From: Octopus sinensis
Taxonomy: Eukaryota
Length of the DNA stretch: 64,000 bases
NCBI RefSeq assembly: GCF_006345805.1
Contig: NC_043012.1
Coordinates: forward strand, 23,188,001 to 23,252,000
Direction of reading: 5' to 3'
Under the pieces are notes generated by a model. It was not told where the DNA came from and did not search any database. It saw nothing but the letters and a program-made list of their open reading frames with translations. Within the stretch, counting starts at the first letter, position 1, and the number at the start of each line of letters is the position of its first letter. This document shows positions 1 to 13,224 of this stretch, in pieces. The position numbers and the translations under genes are program-made.

Positions 1-184
1 TTTCATTAACACAGAATTATTATCAGTTATACAGTTGCATTATCAAATCTTCAGAGATGTGTAACCCTCATTTGTAATTTTACTGAAAGTAACAGTATCA
101 TCATCGGAGGTTCCAACACAAAATATATTAATGTGATAAAACAAATATTAACAAAGATTAACGTGATTGACAAATTAATATTAC

Positions 185-405
185 TCTTTCTCATTTTGGC
201 ATGGGTTAGCAATCTTCAGTGAGGTGGGGGATAAGTTGATAACATCAATCCTCAGTACTTGATGGGTACTTTATTTTATCAACTCTAAAAAGATGAAGGT
301 AAAGTTTGGCTGAGAAGAATTTGAACTCAGAACATAAAGATTTGGAAGAAATGCCACTAAGCATTTGGTCCAATGCGAGAACAATTCTACCAGTTCACTG
401 CTTTG
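185..405 (-). mobile_element. SINE-D, diverged copy
   Basis: Reverse complement of the gagttcaaattc...tttcatc...gataaaataaagtacc motif seen in the other SINE-D copies. Confidence 0.7.
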
Positions 406-430
406 GAAAGCTTAGTAGTATTAAGAAAGT

Positions 431-775
431 GAGGGCGCGTGGCTTAGTGGTTAGGGCATTCGGCTCATGATCGTAAGGTTGTGAGTTCGATTCCCGGCGA
501 CGCGTTGTGTCCTTGAGCAAGACACTTTATTTCACGTTGCTCCAGTCCACTCAGCTGGCAAAAATGAGTTGTACTTGTATTTCAAAGGGTCAGCCTTGTC
601 ACTCTCTGTGTCACGCTGATTATCCCCGAGAACTACGTTAAGGGTACACGTGTCTGTGGAATGCTCAGCCATTTGCACGTTAATTTCACGAGCAAGCTGT
701 TCCGTTGATCGTATCAGCTGGGACCCTCGTCGTCGTAACCGGCGGAGTAAGAAAGAAAGAAGAAGTATTAAGAAA
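431..775 (+). mobile_element. SINE-A, full length: tRNA-derived head, CORE-like domain, tail ending cgtcgtcgtaacc, (GAAA)n
   Basis: A box tggcttagtgg, B box gagttcgattccc, CORE-like tgtgtccttgagcaagacacttt. Tail shared with 56160-56345. Confidence 0.9.
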
Positions 776-808
776 GAAGATTTCTGCTTATCAACTGGTA
801 TATTGCTG

Positions 809-1020
809 AAGGCAGGGAACTGGCAAAATCATTTGAACATCACACAAAATGCTTGATGGAATTTCTTCCAGTTCTTTACATTCTGAGTTCAAATCCTGCT
901 AACTTTGCCTTTCATTCCTTCAGAGTCAATATAATAAAGTACCAGTTAATATAATCAACTAAACCCTCTCTGAAAAAAGTTCAGGCCATGTGCCTATACT
1001 ACAAAGGATTATTATTATTG
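809..1020 (+). mobile_element. SINE-D copy with (TTA)n tail
   Basis: aaggcagggaactggcaaaatc head, gagttcaaatcc B box, tail aaaggattattatt. Confidence 0.8.
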
Positions 1021-1034
1021 TTATTGTTGTTGGT

Positions 1035-1300
1035 AAGGCAGCAAACTGGCTGAATCATTAGCATGCCAGACAAAATGTTTAGCAACATTTTGTCCATCTT
1101 TATATTCCGAGTTCAAATTCTGCTGAGGTCAATTTGCCTTTCATCCTTTTAGGGTTGATAAATTAAGTACCAGTCGAGTACTGGAGTCAATGTAATTTAT
1201 TTACCCCCTTCCCTGAAGTTTCAGGTTTTGTGCCTATAGCAGAAAGGATTATTATTATTATGATTATTATTATTATGATTATTATTATTATTATCATTAT
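1035..1300 (+). mobile_element. SINE-D copy directly tandem to the previous one
   Basis: Same head, body and tail; (TTA)n-like tracts on both sides. Confidence 0.85.
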
Positions 1301-1826
1301 TTAATATAATGAAGTATATTACATCAGAAATCAGTATTCATATTAAAAATATAAAAATTTGAATATTCAATTGTCTGTAAATATATCAGCAGTCTTAAAC
1401 ACACACACTCAGATAGACTGGAGCAAAAACAGGTCATTAAGGGGAAGGTATAAAGATATAAACAAAAGAAAAAGGGATATCTAAAAAGATATGCAAACAC
1501 ATATACAGAGCCTTAATATGCATAAATATAATTTGTTGAATATTTTATTATGAAAAAATATGGTTTCTCACAAGTCAAACAAAATGAAATTTATTTACAT
1601 AGAAATGCAGAAATATAATTTTCTTTCTGCCAAAGTATATAAAAACTATTTACCCCTTATTTAAAAATAAAATAAAACTTGTTTTATTTAAACAAAATAT
1701 ATGTATGTATAAAAATTTAACACATTTTCAACCATTTCTCAGTATTTCCCATATACATACATGCATGCATACGTATATACATACATAAATGTATACACAC
1801 ACATACACACACACACACACACACAC

Positions 1827-1936
<110 letters not shown>

Positions 1937-2723
1937 TTCTCAGTTTAACAAATAGGAAAAAAAATTACCAACAGGAGATAAAATTTAATTGTACCAGTCT
2001 TATTTGGTGCAACCAAAAAACAGCACTTAAAGCACCATGCTAAATAAAACCAGGAATGGAGACAAAATAAACATTAGTATGAAGAGAATTTTAAAGTTTA
2101 TTTGACACAGATGAGCTTATTACAAACCAGTTGTCGAGTTAGTAGGCATTTCCCTCGAGGAAATAGCTGTTTTAAATGTACTTTATATAAATTTTTAAAA
2201 TATCACTAACAAGTAGAAATTTTCTCTTTCATAATGTAATAAACAGCCAACACTATAAAATTAGTATTATTATTTTTCCTGGATGTTATAAATATTTTTT
2301 TTAAAAACTCAACTACAGTTTGTTTAGATATTTTTTAAGCAAAATATTCTTGTAGCAAGTAAAGCTTCCAGGGAAATATTCTTAACATTATAAACATTTT
2401 CCCATTTTTCTTACATAGATTTCAAATCAATAAATAGAATAGTTTTGAAAATACACAAAAAGAAAAAAAGTATTTTTTTTAAAACTTGGAATATACTTCT
2501 GCTATGTACAATAAATTCTGTAATAAGCTAAAGCAACAAAAGAACTGTTTTAAATCTATGTTAACATTAACAACAATAACAAAACAGTGATGTTGTTGGA
2601 ATTGATGGTAGCAATGACAATAAGGACGATGTTTGCAAAAAGTCCAAACTCCTTTCATCAGTGAATGAACAAGAGATGAAGTTTAATAGTAATGAAATAT
2701 AGGTGGCATAAGAAGGTTTAAAT

Positions 2724-3078
2724 CAGAGGTTCTTAGAGAGGACAGTACTGCCCCCAAGGGGGTGCTGGGTATGTCGAAGGGAACCTTAGGCTTTAAGTGG
2801 CAGTGAAGAAATTTAGTATGTTAATTAACATGCTAAGTTTTATCTATAGTAATAATCATACATAATAAAACTAAAACTGGTTATTAAAATATGATAAGAT
2901 CTCATCAGGCTATGTATAAATTAAATTTACATCTTTAGTCTTTATTAATTTTTTATCATCTTGTTATTAAAAGCTTATGCAATCCATTTTTAGAGCAAAA
3001 TTTATGAATTCTCATCCATGTTAGTTTAGTTGAAAAATGTTGAGGGACTCAGAAAGAAGAAGATGAACCAAAACTGAA
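2724..3078 (+). mobile_element. Decayed hAT/Charlie-like non-autonomous element
   Basis: 5' end cagaggttcttagagaggacagtactgcccccaaggggg resembles hAT-Charlie termini (CAGTGGTTCT...GCCCCCCAGGGG). The 3' TIR is degenerate. Confidence 0.4.
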
Positions 3079-3258
3079 TCGCTATTACTAGTGCAGAAAT
3101 TACTGTTGTCATAAAAGACACATACAGACCAACAGACTCATTAGCTTCTTGAAGAAAAACTGCCTAGCATTCAAGAGTCTTGAAAGACACTATACAAAAA
3201 AATTTAAAGAATATAGAAAATTTTCCAGGCAGAGTGCTAGTTTGTTATTATTGTTTAA

Positions 3259-3479
3259 CCCTTTAGCATTTAAACCGGCCATATATGACCAAAAGTATTC
3301 TGCCTGTTTTATGTCCAAACTGGCCAGATCTGGTCTCTCACACCAACCCTACAATATCATTTTAAAAATTAACAGCTACCTCATCAAATTCTCATAGTTA
3401 CAAGATAATGCATGATTAGTTCAAAAGTATGTGGATGAAAAAGCATTAATTTTGGCAGAATAATGCGAACACTAAAGGG
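3259..3479 (+). mobile_element. piggyBac-like MITE, family 1
   Basis: TTAA|CCCTTTAG...CTAAAGGG|TTAA, 221 bp. Homologous to 48469-48686 and 47650-47821. Confidence 0.8.
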
Positions 3480-3699
3480 TTAAGACCCCAGTCACCCACG
3501 TCTGCAAGAGGGTTTCCACTTTACTTAACAAGAACAATATCAGCAGAACAGAATGAAAAGGGTAGTTAAAACGTGAAGACTTTGCAGTTTAAAATCCCAG
3601 TGCTAACTAATACTGAAAGGTAGAGAATTTCTTAACAATCTACAGTACCCTAAAAAAAAAAAAGCCTTTCTCTCCCTCCCTTTACATTGCTTGATAGTT

Positions 3700-3900
3700 G
3701 TACAAGCGAGGTCCTTCATTTCCATTCTTCTGTGAAACTGTGTCTGATCATGGGGAAATATTAGCTTGCTTGGAAACAGGTAAGGGTTAGAAAATGGAAG
3801 GGCATCTGGCCATAGAAAATTTGGCTCAACAAAATTCATTGTGTCCAACCCATGGAAAAACAGAAAAGTGGCCATTAAAACGATGATGATGATGATGAAG
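3700..3900 (+). mobile_element. SINE-E variant with (GAT)n tail
   Basis: gaagggcatctggccatagaaa...aaaagtggccattaaaacgatgatgatg; shared with 23215, 37470, 55325 and 63725. Confidence 0.75.
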
Positions 3901-4372
3901 AAGAAAATTACCTTGAAATCCTAACTACCAATTATGGTTTACAAACACATGGCTACAGCAGTGAATGTAAAATACTGGTATTGTAGTACTTACGTACTCT
4001 TTTTAATTATATTAATATATATTTTAACTAATAAAATACTTTAGTTAACTCCTTTGCTAGTTGATAATTTTCTTGGTTACCAATTTAAAGAAATGATGTG
4101 AGTTCAGTCAACATGCTTTTGCAAACCATATGTAGTAAATAAATTATTTCCAGTCTTTAAATTGATTTAATTTAGTCTGGATGAAAGAAAAAAAAATATT
4201 TTTCTATAAATCTATATATCTTAAATAAATTAAATACAATCAAAACTCTTTTGCATATCTATAAATACATACATCTCTCTCTCGCTTTCTCTTTCTATAC
4301 ATATATATATATATATATACACACACACAGAACTCTATATTTTCGTATCTATATCTACACTCACACACACAC

Positions 4373-4404
<32 letters not shown>

Positions 4405-4454
4405 TTATCAATCTATGCATCCTACTTGAAGTAGAAAGATCATGGACAGCCTAA

Positions 4455-4605
4455 TCAACTGTAGTATTTGTCCTGAGATAGTGACAAAGGTTTTGTTCAA
4501 CCCTATAGTAGAGGCTATAGTAGAAAATACTTGCCCAAGATGCCTTGCAGTGAGACTGAACTTGCGACCATGTGGTCGGTAAGCACACATCTTACTATAC
4601 AGCAT
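4455..4605 (-). mobile_element. SINE-C head fragment
   Basis: ctatagtagaaaatacttgcccaagatgcc is the reverse complement of the CORE-like segment of SINE-C. Confidence 0.7.
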
Positions 4606-4939
4606 TGTGTGTGTGTGTGAATGTATGTTTGTCTCTGTATGTCTTCACACATGTTAATATCAAGATGGTGCACAGCATATGTCTATTGTCTTTTCATTCA
4701 TATGTTTTAACTGGAAATTCAATGTCCTGCATTAGCAACAATCTGCAAGTTGATGGCTTTACATGCAAAAACTTCAGAAATGCTTTATTTAAAAAACAAG
4801 TAAGAATTGGCAACATGAACGGCATCAGGCCATGGAATAGTACCTTAAAAAATAAAACATTGTAAAAATAAAACAGGGGCACAAAAATAATGAAGATGAT
4901 TACAATAGTGATGCTTTCACCACATTTTCACCGGCATGG

Positions 4940-5265
4940 AATTTGGTTTCCATTAAATTGATTATATTAAAAGCAGAATATCCAAAATGACAACTGGTCA
5001 AATTTCAGTCTAATTAATTTGATTACAATAAATAAGGACAATCAAATTCACAAAAGGCAGAATTACCAACATTACAACTGGTCAAATTTTTCTCTAACTA
5101 AATTGATTATATTAAGAGTAGAAAAACCAAAATCTGGTCAAATTTTGGCTTAATTGCTTTAAAGGCAGAATCATCACAATCATAACTGGTCAAATTTTGG
5201 TCTGATTAAATTGATTACATTAAAGACAGCAGAACTAATATCATAAGCGGTCAAATTTTGGTCTG
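4940..5265. repeat. Degenerate ~52-56 bp minisatellite, 5-6 units
   Basis: The anchor ctggtcaaatttt recurs near 4994, 5078, 5134, 5186 and 5238, with a shared taaattgatta..ttaaa..gcagaa. Confidence 0.75.
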
Positions 5266-5657
5266 TGTTTGAAATCTTTAATAAATGACATCATGAATAT
5301 GTAAGACAGAAGCAAAACAGATGTTTCATACTAGATTACTATAACAGAGTGAAAAATCTACAATAAATCAAAATAATTCCTTAATTTGACTCCAAGAGTG
5401 AAACAAAGATTTAATTATCTGTTATGATTTGAAGTAATTTATTTTAAAACATGTTTGACATAATGCATCATTTATAAATAAAAAGGGAAATACTTAATAA
5501 AATTATGTGGACTCCTTAAAACCCTAATGTTTCATATGCTCGTCAGCATGTTGTAATGCATGAAACTGAAGGAAATAGTTAAGATCAGTCAGACTATTAA
5601 CTTCTCTTTTGAATTTTTAATAGGGACCAAAATATTACTTCAAACCTTTTTACATTA

Positions 5658-5690
5658 TTTATTTATTTGTATTTTATTTATTTATTTTTT
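5658..5690 (-). promoter_or_regulatory. Possible polyadenylation signal cluster for the minus-strand gene
   Basis: Several overlapping AATAAA on the minus strand about 480 nt past the TAG at 6167. Weak evidence in AT-rich DNA. Confidence 0.25.
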
Positions 5691-6166
5691 GCAGCTATAT
5701 CACTTTGTTTGAATGAAATTTATAAAATTGAGCTGTTTCCAAAACTGGGAGTGAACATATATATATATATATCATGAAATCAGGTAAAAAAAAAAAAAAA
5801 AAAAATCCATTTAATTTTTAGAACTTAACAAATCAAAAATTACCAAAACCATGCTGGCATTTGTCTACAGGATTTTAATAGTAAAATAAAAACTACAATT
5901 TTCACCCTCTGTAATGAATTCATTTCCTATTTCACACGACACACTACAAAAGGAGTGATCAAAAACTACAATATCTACCGGCACCATTAATTCCATGGTT
6001 ATCTGCACCAAAGAATTCTATATTCAGTATCAACTTAAATTAGCAACAATAAAAGGTACAGCCCAAAACATTGGTAATTTTTACTCCCCACCCAGCCCAC
6101 CCAATCATAGTCTGTCTATAGTTTTATACTCTTTCTCTCATAATAATGTTGGTAAATTTCTTGGCA

Positions 6167-6268
6167 CTATTGTCGCTCAATAGAAGTTAGAATCCATTGA
6201 AAAGTTCTGCCTTCGGCATACTCCACATTTTGCAGAACAGCTTCGCTAGGAAGACAATTTGGACCTAC
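6167..6268 (-). CDS. Candidate terminal coding exon of an unidentified host gene (VGPNCLPSEAVLQNVEYAEGRTFQWILTSIERQ*)
   Basis: Minus-strand acceptor ctactattatttctgttcag|G, then 33 open non-repetitive codons ending in TAG. In phase 0 with the exon at 29857-29898. Product not recognised. Confidence 0.55.
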   Translation of the reverse strand, partial: VGPNCLPSEAVLQNVEYAEGRTFQWILTSIERQ

Positions 6269-6574
6269 CTGAACAGAAATAATAGTAGAGATGAAATAAA
6301 GAACTACAAGATGTTCGAGGGGAAAAATGGTTTCATGGCTTCAGCAAGAAAATAAATCTATTATGAAATGTTTTTTTAAAATTCTTCAGTAAAGCTATTC
6401 TTATTTTTAAAAATGAAGAACTGAAGCACAAAGAAAATTCTTTTGTATTTTTTGTGTAAATATATTTTAATGTACAAAAGTAATTATTTCACACACTTTG
6501 TGTGCATAAAAATGTATACCACACACACACATGCAAACATACATACAATGTGCACATTTGTATATGTGTGCATG

Positions 6575-6616
<42 letters not shown>

Positions 6617-6719
6617 TGCATGTTCATTCAATTACATACATACATATATACACATATGCATTCAGACAAGTGCATTTATATAATACAAAAATATGTATTT
6701 CAAAAATTTAATTTAGATC

Positions 6720-7035
6720 ATATAGGTTTGCGTGCATATATATATATATATAATATATATATATATATACACATATATATGTGTGTGTATGTATTACATA
6801 TATATATATACATATATATATATGTATATATATGTTATATATATATATATATATATGTGTATATATATATATATAATATATATATATACACACATATATA
6901 TATGTATATTATATATATATATATATATATATATTATACTATACACACACATATATATTATGTATGCATGTATATGCATATTTATATATTATGTATGCAT
7001 ATATATATGTGTGTGTGTGTGTGCATATATATATA
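6720..7035. repeat. Compound (AT)n/(GT)n microsatellite
   Basis: Read directly; it is the source of the YI-rich ORFs. Confidence 0.95.
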
Positions 7036-7594
7036 ATACACACAACACATACATATACACACACATATGCATACCCACATACCATATTCATATAAACTGA
7101 AGGAAACAAATTAAATGTTCGTTATAAAAAATAAAATTAAAAAGCTTTTGTGTTAATATGGATGCATATGTCAATGTGTCTGTACATTTACACCATGTGT
7201 TTCTGCATCAAGTATGAATGTGTTGGATGTTTAACAGAAAACAGAACCTGGCTACTAAATAGAAATTTTAATGGTTTTGAGAAACACCTATGTTATTACA
7301 AATTAATTAAGCAGGATTTAAAATATAATTAAAAGTGCACAAAATTGAAATTACAGAATTTATAATGACTACATTATCATATATATAAATGAACATAGAT
7401 GCTAGCTTGAGTTAGTTTTTAGTTGAAATGTCTGAGGATTACGTTCAGGGTACATTATGAGGTATATTATGTACCTGTGAGACAAGCTATAATTTAAGGG
7501 GTAGATAGTTTAGGTGGTTTCAACAAAGAGGAAAAGTCATGTTAAAGGCGACAGGAGACCATATATACATATTCATATATATATATATATATAC

Positions 7595-7790
7595 ACAGGG
7601 AAAGTTTACGAAAATAAACAAAGACGAAGGCAGGTGGTGTACAAACAAACAGATGTATTAGTATAACGCTCAGGAATAGAAAAAGTCTTTTACGTTTCAA
7701 GCCTACGCTCTTCTACAGAAAGGTACACAGAAAAAACAAGGAGAGAAACAAGGAGAGAAAAAAATATGTGTAGTAGCTAACGATCTATCA
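7595..7790 (-). mobile_element. Element G: (AT)n-embedded dispersed repeat with hammerhead-like segment (7687-7722)
   Basis: Homologous to 61940-62085. Minus strand reads cttt CTGTAGAA GAGC gtag GCTT GAAAC GTA aaag. Flanked by (AT)n on both sides. Confidence 0.55.
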
Positions 7791-8078
7791 CACACATATA
7801 TATATATATATTCATATGTACATATGAGAAAGGTGGGGAGATGTGTATACATACACACACATTTGTGTATGCATACTTAATTATTACAAATGTATTCATA
7901 TTGTATTTGCATGTCAGCATTTGAATAAATATTAGCACTTCTCACTTCATGTAAGGCACTGAATGTCATCTTGTGTTATGGCTTTCATTATATATTTACC
8001 TTCACACACATTTGTGTGCAGATAAATATTGAATGAACATATATATATATATATATAAATAAATAAAAAACACACATG

Positions 8079-8115
<37 letters not shown>

Positions 8116-8382
8116 CTAATTAGCTATATTAGTTACGATGAAAAATATGCTTGTGTATATTAGAGATAAAAATTCAAAATAATGGTGAAAAATGTGTGTA
8201 ACAACTAACAGAGAGGACAAAATAGAAATAAAGCCGTTTCAGGAACCAATTTTCATTCTAAAATCCCCAGAATTTCAGCACTTGGTAAGAAGATGGTATC
8301 CTTCATCTCAAAAGTGCCAGGGTTCACAAAAAAACAAAAACAAAATGAAAACAAGTTTTGCAACTAAAAACACACAGGCTGT

Positions 8383-8432
<50 letters not shown>

Positions 8433-8902
8433 ACAGCAAAAGAATTGTGCTCTACAAGAACGATCCCATTATGATGAAAGCATTACCATTCATAACATTT
8501 TGGAATTTCATTGGAACATATGTAACAAAGACAAACCCCGTAGTGAGCATTTCACAACCTATCATTCACTTCAATTAAAAATAAAATGTTTCCCATAAAT
8601 TTCTATTCCTTATATTTATGCATAGACACACGCATACACACACATTTACACTGGCTCAATCTCATGACTGTATAGTTATATAATGTCTCACTTTTAAATA
8701 TTAATTAATCCCCGACCATTAACTTAATCCTGTGCCATTAAATCTTGATGTTCTATCTCTCACAAAACATATTAATATTTCCATAAATTTCATAAATTCT
8801 TAATCTTTGAATCATAATTGTTTCCATGGTCAGTTTTGTAGCACTTCTATTACAAATAAAAACAAAATTTAATTCTATACATAGACATATATATTTACTA
8901 CT

Positions 8903-9205
8903 GTGAAGGAGCATGTCCATGTGGTTGAGGTGTTGTATTCATGATTGCAAGTATATGGTTTCAATTCCCAGACAGGCAGTGCATTGTGTTCTAGAGCAAA
9001 ACACATAATTTCATATTGCCCCAGTCCACTCAGCTGCAAAATGGGTAAGCCTGCAACAGACTTGCATTCTCTTCAAGAGAATTGTTGACCAGACTTTTTA
9101 GCAAATTGGGTGGCACCATTTGAAAGTTACAACAATGTGAGGAAGTACATTGTGACCAATAGTGTATAACAACATCTGGTAGCCTGGTCAGTCCTATGAT
9201 GATTA
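8903..9205 (+). mobile_element. Chimeric SINE: SINE-A head and CORE-like domain with SINE-B tail
   Basis: ccagtccactcagctg matches 431-775; cattgtgacc..gtgtataacaacatctggtagcctggtc matches 15324-15630. Confidence 0.65.
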
Positions 9206-9424
9206 CTTCTATATATATATATAGAGATAGATAGACAGATAGATAGTCAGAGGTGTAGATGTGTAGTTAAGAAGCTCTCTTTGCAACCATACTGGTTCTA
9301 GGACAGTGACAACCATTTGTACCTTTCACACAATGTCAACACAAACATACACTCACAGACACACACACGGACACACACACACACACACACACACACCACA
9401 CACACACACACACATATATATATA

Positions 9425-9944
9425 GAGGGTGTCCCAAAAGTCCATGAAGGATTTCAATTTTTAATAACTTCCCTAACTTCATAGATAAATGCATGAAATT
9501 TTGATACAATATAAAGGACATAATGGAAATTAATATGCATAAGTCAAATTTTGCAACACCACTGCATCACATATGAAAATGATATTGCTTAAATGGCAGT
9601 CATTTTCGGCTTCACATGCCCATGCTCTTTCCAAAACTTGCACCATAGCATCTTCAAGAGTTTCAGACCCCACTTCTCTGATTTCTCTATTGATGTTCTC
9701 CTTCAGTTGCACTAGGGTCTCCAGTTTGTTGACATACACCCTCTCTTTCAGGTATCCTCACAAGAAAAATATCCGAGCTAGTCAAGTTTGGGGAACGTGA
9801 AGGCCAATTGACATTGTTGTAGCGGGAGATTATTCTCTGTCCAAAGCATTGCCATAGCAACTGCATTGTTTCTCCTGTGGCATGAGCAGTTGCCCCATCT
9901 TGCTGGAACCATGTGTGAGGTCTAATTTGAAAGGCCTTCACGTT

Positions 9945-9948
<4 letters not shown>
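9425..9948 (-). mobile_element. DD41D (rosa/Visitor-type) Tc1/mariner remnant, 3' half with TIR
   Basis: WFQQDGATAH...WPSRSPNLTSSD with 41 residues between the Asp residues. A frameshift leads into GYLKERVYVNKLETLVQLKENI. TA|gagggtgtcccaaaagt terminus. The 5' part is lost at an (AT)n tract. Confidence 0.85.
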
Positions 9949-9983
<35 letters not shown>

Positions 9984-11099
9984 CACGTGTTATTGATAAG
10001 ACCTAGAAGAAGGTGTTTCTTTTCTGCTTACCAAAATGAATGGTATCCAACAATGGTATCCAGCAATCAATGGGTGTTTTGACTTTGAGCTGTAACACCC
10101 TTGTGTTGGGGGTCAGCAGTGGTGGCTCATCATCTCCTCATGGCTTGCAGCTTACCTCCTCTCTCTTACTCCATAAACAATAAGAGGCTGTTTCTGTTAT
10201 TTCACCCACACACACACAAATTTCAGATTCACTGACAAAGTTTTGGTTGGTCTGGGTCAATAGTAGAACCCAGAACCATGTGATCAGGAAACAAACATCT
10301 GTGACTCAACATTTTTAGAATATATTTTTGATGCTATCTGGAGTGATTTTTAACACTAAAAATGCTACCAGCTTTTATCAATATAATTGTTTTATTATAT
10401 TTGTTATTTAAATATTAATTGTAAAATTTGCATATGTTTGGTAATTATGCTTCAAAGTTTTTTTTTTTAGTAGTTTTAAAGTACTATTCATGCTAATCTG
10501 TTACATTTTGAGTAGCTTAGAATATAGTTATTTGCTGGTTGATACACAGAATTAGAAACATTTAATTAATGTGGTGACAGTGCCAGTTTCTGTCTGAATG
10601 TACATGCACACACACACACACACACACATATACATTTGAAAATAGAGTTTCTTCAATAAAAATTTATTAATTACAAAAAAAAAAGTTTTCAAAAAACCAG
10701 AGCAAGGATAGAAGGCAGCTTCCTTTTTATATATAAAATGCATAATTTTTAAGAAAATCTTGTTTTCAAATATTGTGACTATATCAAGACAATTTTTGTA
10801 AAACTTTCTTCAACACACAAACATTTATATATATATAGACACAGATAGATAGATGAATATATACACATATATAAACAGTTACTCACATATAATGTTTATA
10901 TATATACATATATATAAACATTATACACTCACACACACACATATACTAGGTTAAACAAAAGCACTCACACATTACAAAGAACTTCTTCCCCAAAAAGGTT
11001 AGTAACATACTGATAAATGATTTCATAACATTTTTTGAAAACACTTTCCACTTATTATTAAGTAATTCTCATAGACTTTCAAATATATAGATATATATA

Positions 11100-11224
11100 C
11101 AGGGTGATTCAAAAGTCATCATACAGAGGAAAAAATTTTTTTTTATAAGAAACAGTTTAAATAGAAAAACTTTTCTTATAAAAAATAAATTGTTCTCATG
11201 CATTGCAACTTTTGAATCACCCTG
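11100..11224. mobile_element. Tc1/mariner-type foldback MITE, 125 bp
   Basis: Perfect 17-bp TIR cagggtgattcaaaagt/acttttgaatcaccctg inside (TA)n, plus an internal inverted tttataagaaa/tttcttataaa. Confidence 0.85.
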
Positions 11225-11828
11225 TGTATATATATATATATATATAGACAGATATATGTACATACAAACACATTCACAATTTCAATACATATAATGTATG
11301 TATATACTCAAAAATACCTAGAATGCAAAAATAGAAGTAGTTGTAAAAGTATGCATTACAAATCTAGCCTCCTGCAACACACATGCAAAACATACCGCCA
11401 CACTCATGCAAAGACACCAACACACACACACACACACAACACACACACACACAAATCATTAATGCAAAGAAAAAACCAAAGTCATATTGATCTGAGCAAC
11501 TCTAATGAATTTAAAACTATTTGTTCAAAACTTCATATATAGAAAGAGTAAAAGAAACAACAACACTCTGATTCCTTGTTTGGTAAAAAGAGTATGCAGC
11601 AATAATTTTACCAGGTGGACACTGAGATTTAATTAGATGTGTTAGGATCTCCAGAGATGGTTGATGTTATTCAAAACCAATATATCTAACTTTTACCGCA
11701 TTTTATATTTTAAACTGACATTTTTCCAATGCAGTTCATTATCCTTATAAAAGAAAAAAAATATTTTGTTTATTAAACATCAGTTTCTAAAATATATACA
11801 TTTACACACACACACGTGTGTGCGTGTA

Positions 11829-11870
<42 letters not shown>

Positions 11871-12047
11871 GAGAAAGGAGAGAGAGAGAGAGACAAACAT
11901 ATAAATACACACACATGTTTAAATACATTTATATATACACAAACACACAGATAGATTCACGCAGACACACAAATACCCAAACTTTTATATACACTCACAT
12001 AAATGTACATGCATTTGTATACTTGCATGCATATATATATATATGTA

Positions 12048-12094
<47 letters not shown>

Positions 12095-12229
12095 TATATA
12101 TATGTATGTATGTATACATAAATGCATGTATATTTATCTCTCTATATATACATGCATATACACACATGTATGTCCATCGATAAGTATAAGCATGTATGTA
12201 TATTAAAACATGCCTATATACATGTATAT

Positions 12230-12400
12230 CATCATCATCATCATCATCATTTAACATCCATTTTTCCATGCTGGCATGGGTTGAATGGTTTGACAGGAGG
12301 TAGTGAGCTGCACCAAGCTCCAGTTGTTTGTTTTGGCAAAGTTTCTACAGCTAGATGCCCTTCCTAATGCCAACATTTCTACAGAGTATATTCGGTGTAG
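12230..12400 (-). mobile_element. SINE-E copy
   Basis: (CAT)n followed by ttaacatccatttttccatgctggcatgggttg...gatgcccttcctaatgccaac. Confidence 0.8.
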
Positions 12401-12975
12401 TTTACACAGACACATACATATATACATGATATCCAAAATAACTGCATGTATTTCTGCTTCCTTCCAGTAATTTTTAACGTTTCTAACCTAAGCACTCTTT
12501 TTGATTATTCCCACTGACTTTATGAGTTCTTCTCTTTCACTCTCATTTAACACATCTTTTATCTTTTACTTGTTTCTGTCATTAAACTGTGGTCATGATG
12601 GAGCACAGTCTTGAACTATGCTAGTGGAGTGCAAGTTCCAGGTAGGGCCTCCTGTGTTTGGACAGGTCAAAAGATAGAGGTCAGCCTAATATCAACCACT
12701 TCTTTCCAGAGCCAAAATATTGGTTTCCATAAGGCCAACATCCCGACCAACAGAAAAGGCAAAGCTACAGAAGCAATACCAACAAGACAAGGGTGAGGAA
12801 AGACAGCCCAGGGTTGAGAACTGTGGAGAAAAGTTGTCAATAACCTTTGCCCCACAAAAACCTTAAAACATATAAGCAGTTAGGAGTGATATTCAACCAG
12901 ATTCTGAAAGTTATAGGATTGAAATATATATATTATTTGGATTTATTATACAAGTACGTATACATGTGTGTGAAA

Positions 12976-13068
12976 ATTGAAGTAATAGTAAAATCTTTTA
13001 CAAAATGTGGCATCAGTAATGTATTATTAAATGGCACACAGGATGACATTCTGTTTGAAGATTGTGAC
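12976..13068 (+). pseudogene. pogo/Tigger-like transposase C-terminal remnant
   Basis: IEVIVKSFTKCGISNVLLNGTQDDILFEDCD matches the pogo-family terminal motif IVKSFKKCGISNxLDGxEDDxL(F/W)E. Confidence 0.6.
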
Positions 13069-13224
13069 ACTTTCGGACAGTATTAATGGCCCTGATGATT
13101 TTTCTGGTTTTGGGATGACTGCAGTCAGTTTTCAAGATTTGAAGAGTGAAATATTTTCCTTACACTCATATCTTTAATATTTGCACACTTTTAATCTTTA
13201 TCCTTTGTAATTTAATTCTGATGC

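Noticed and set aside
433-500. tRNA-like sequence with A and B boxes (also in the SINE-B, C and D heads)
   Set aside because: No paired acceptor stem, and it continues directly into SINE bodies present in many copies.
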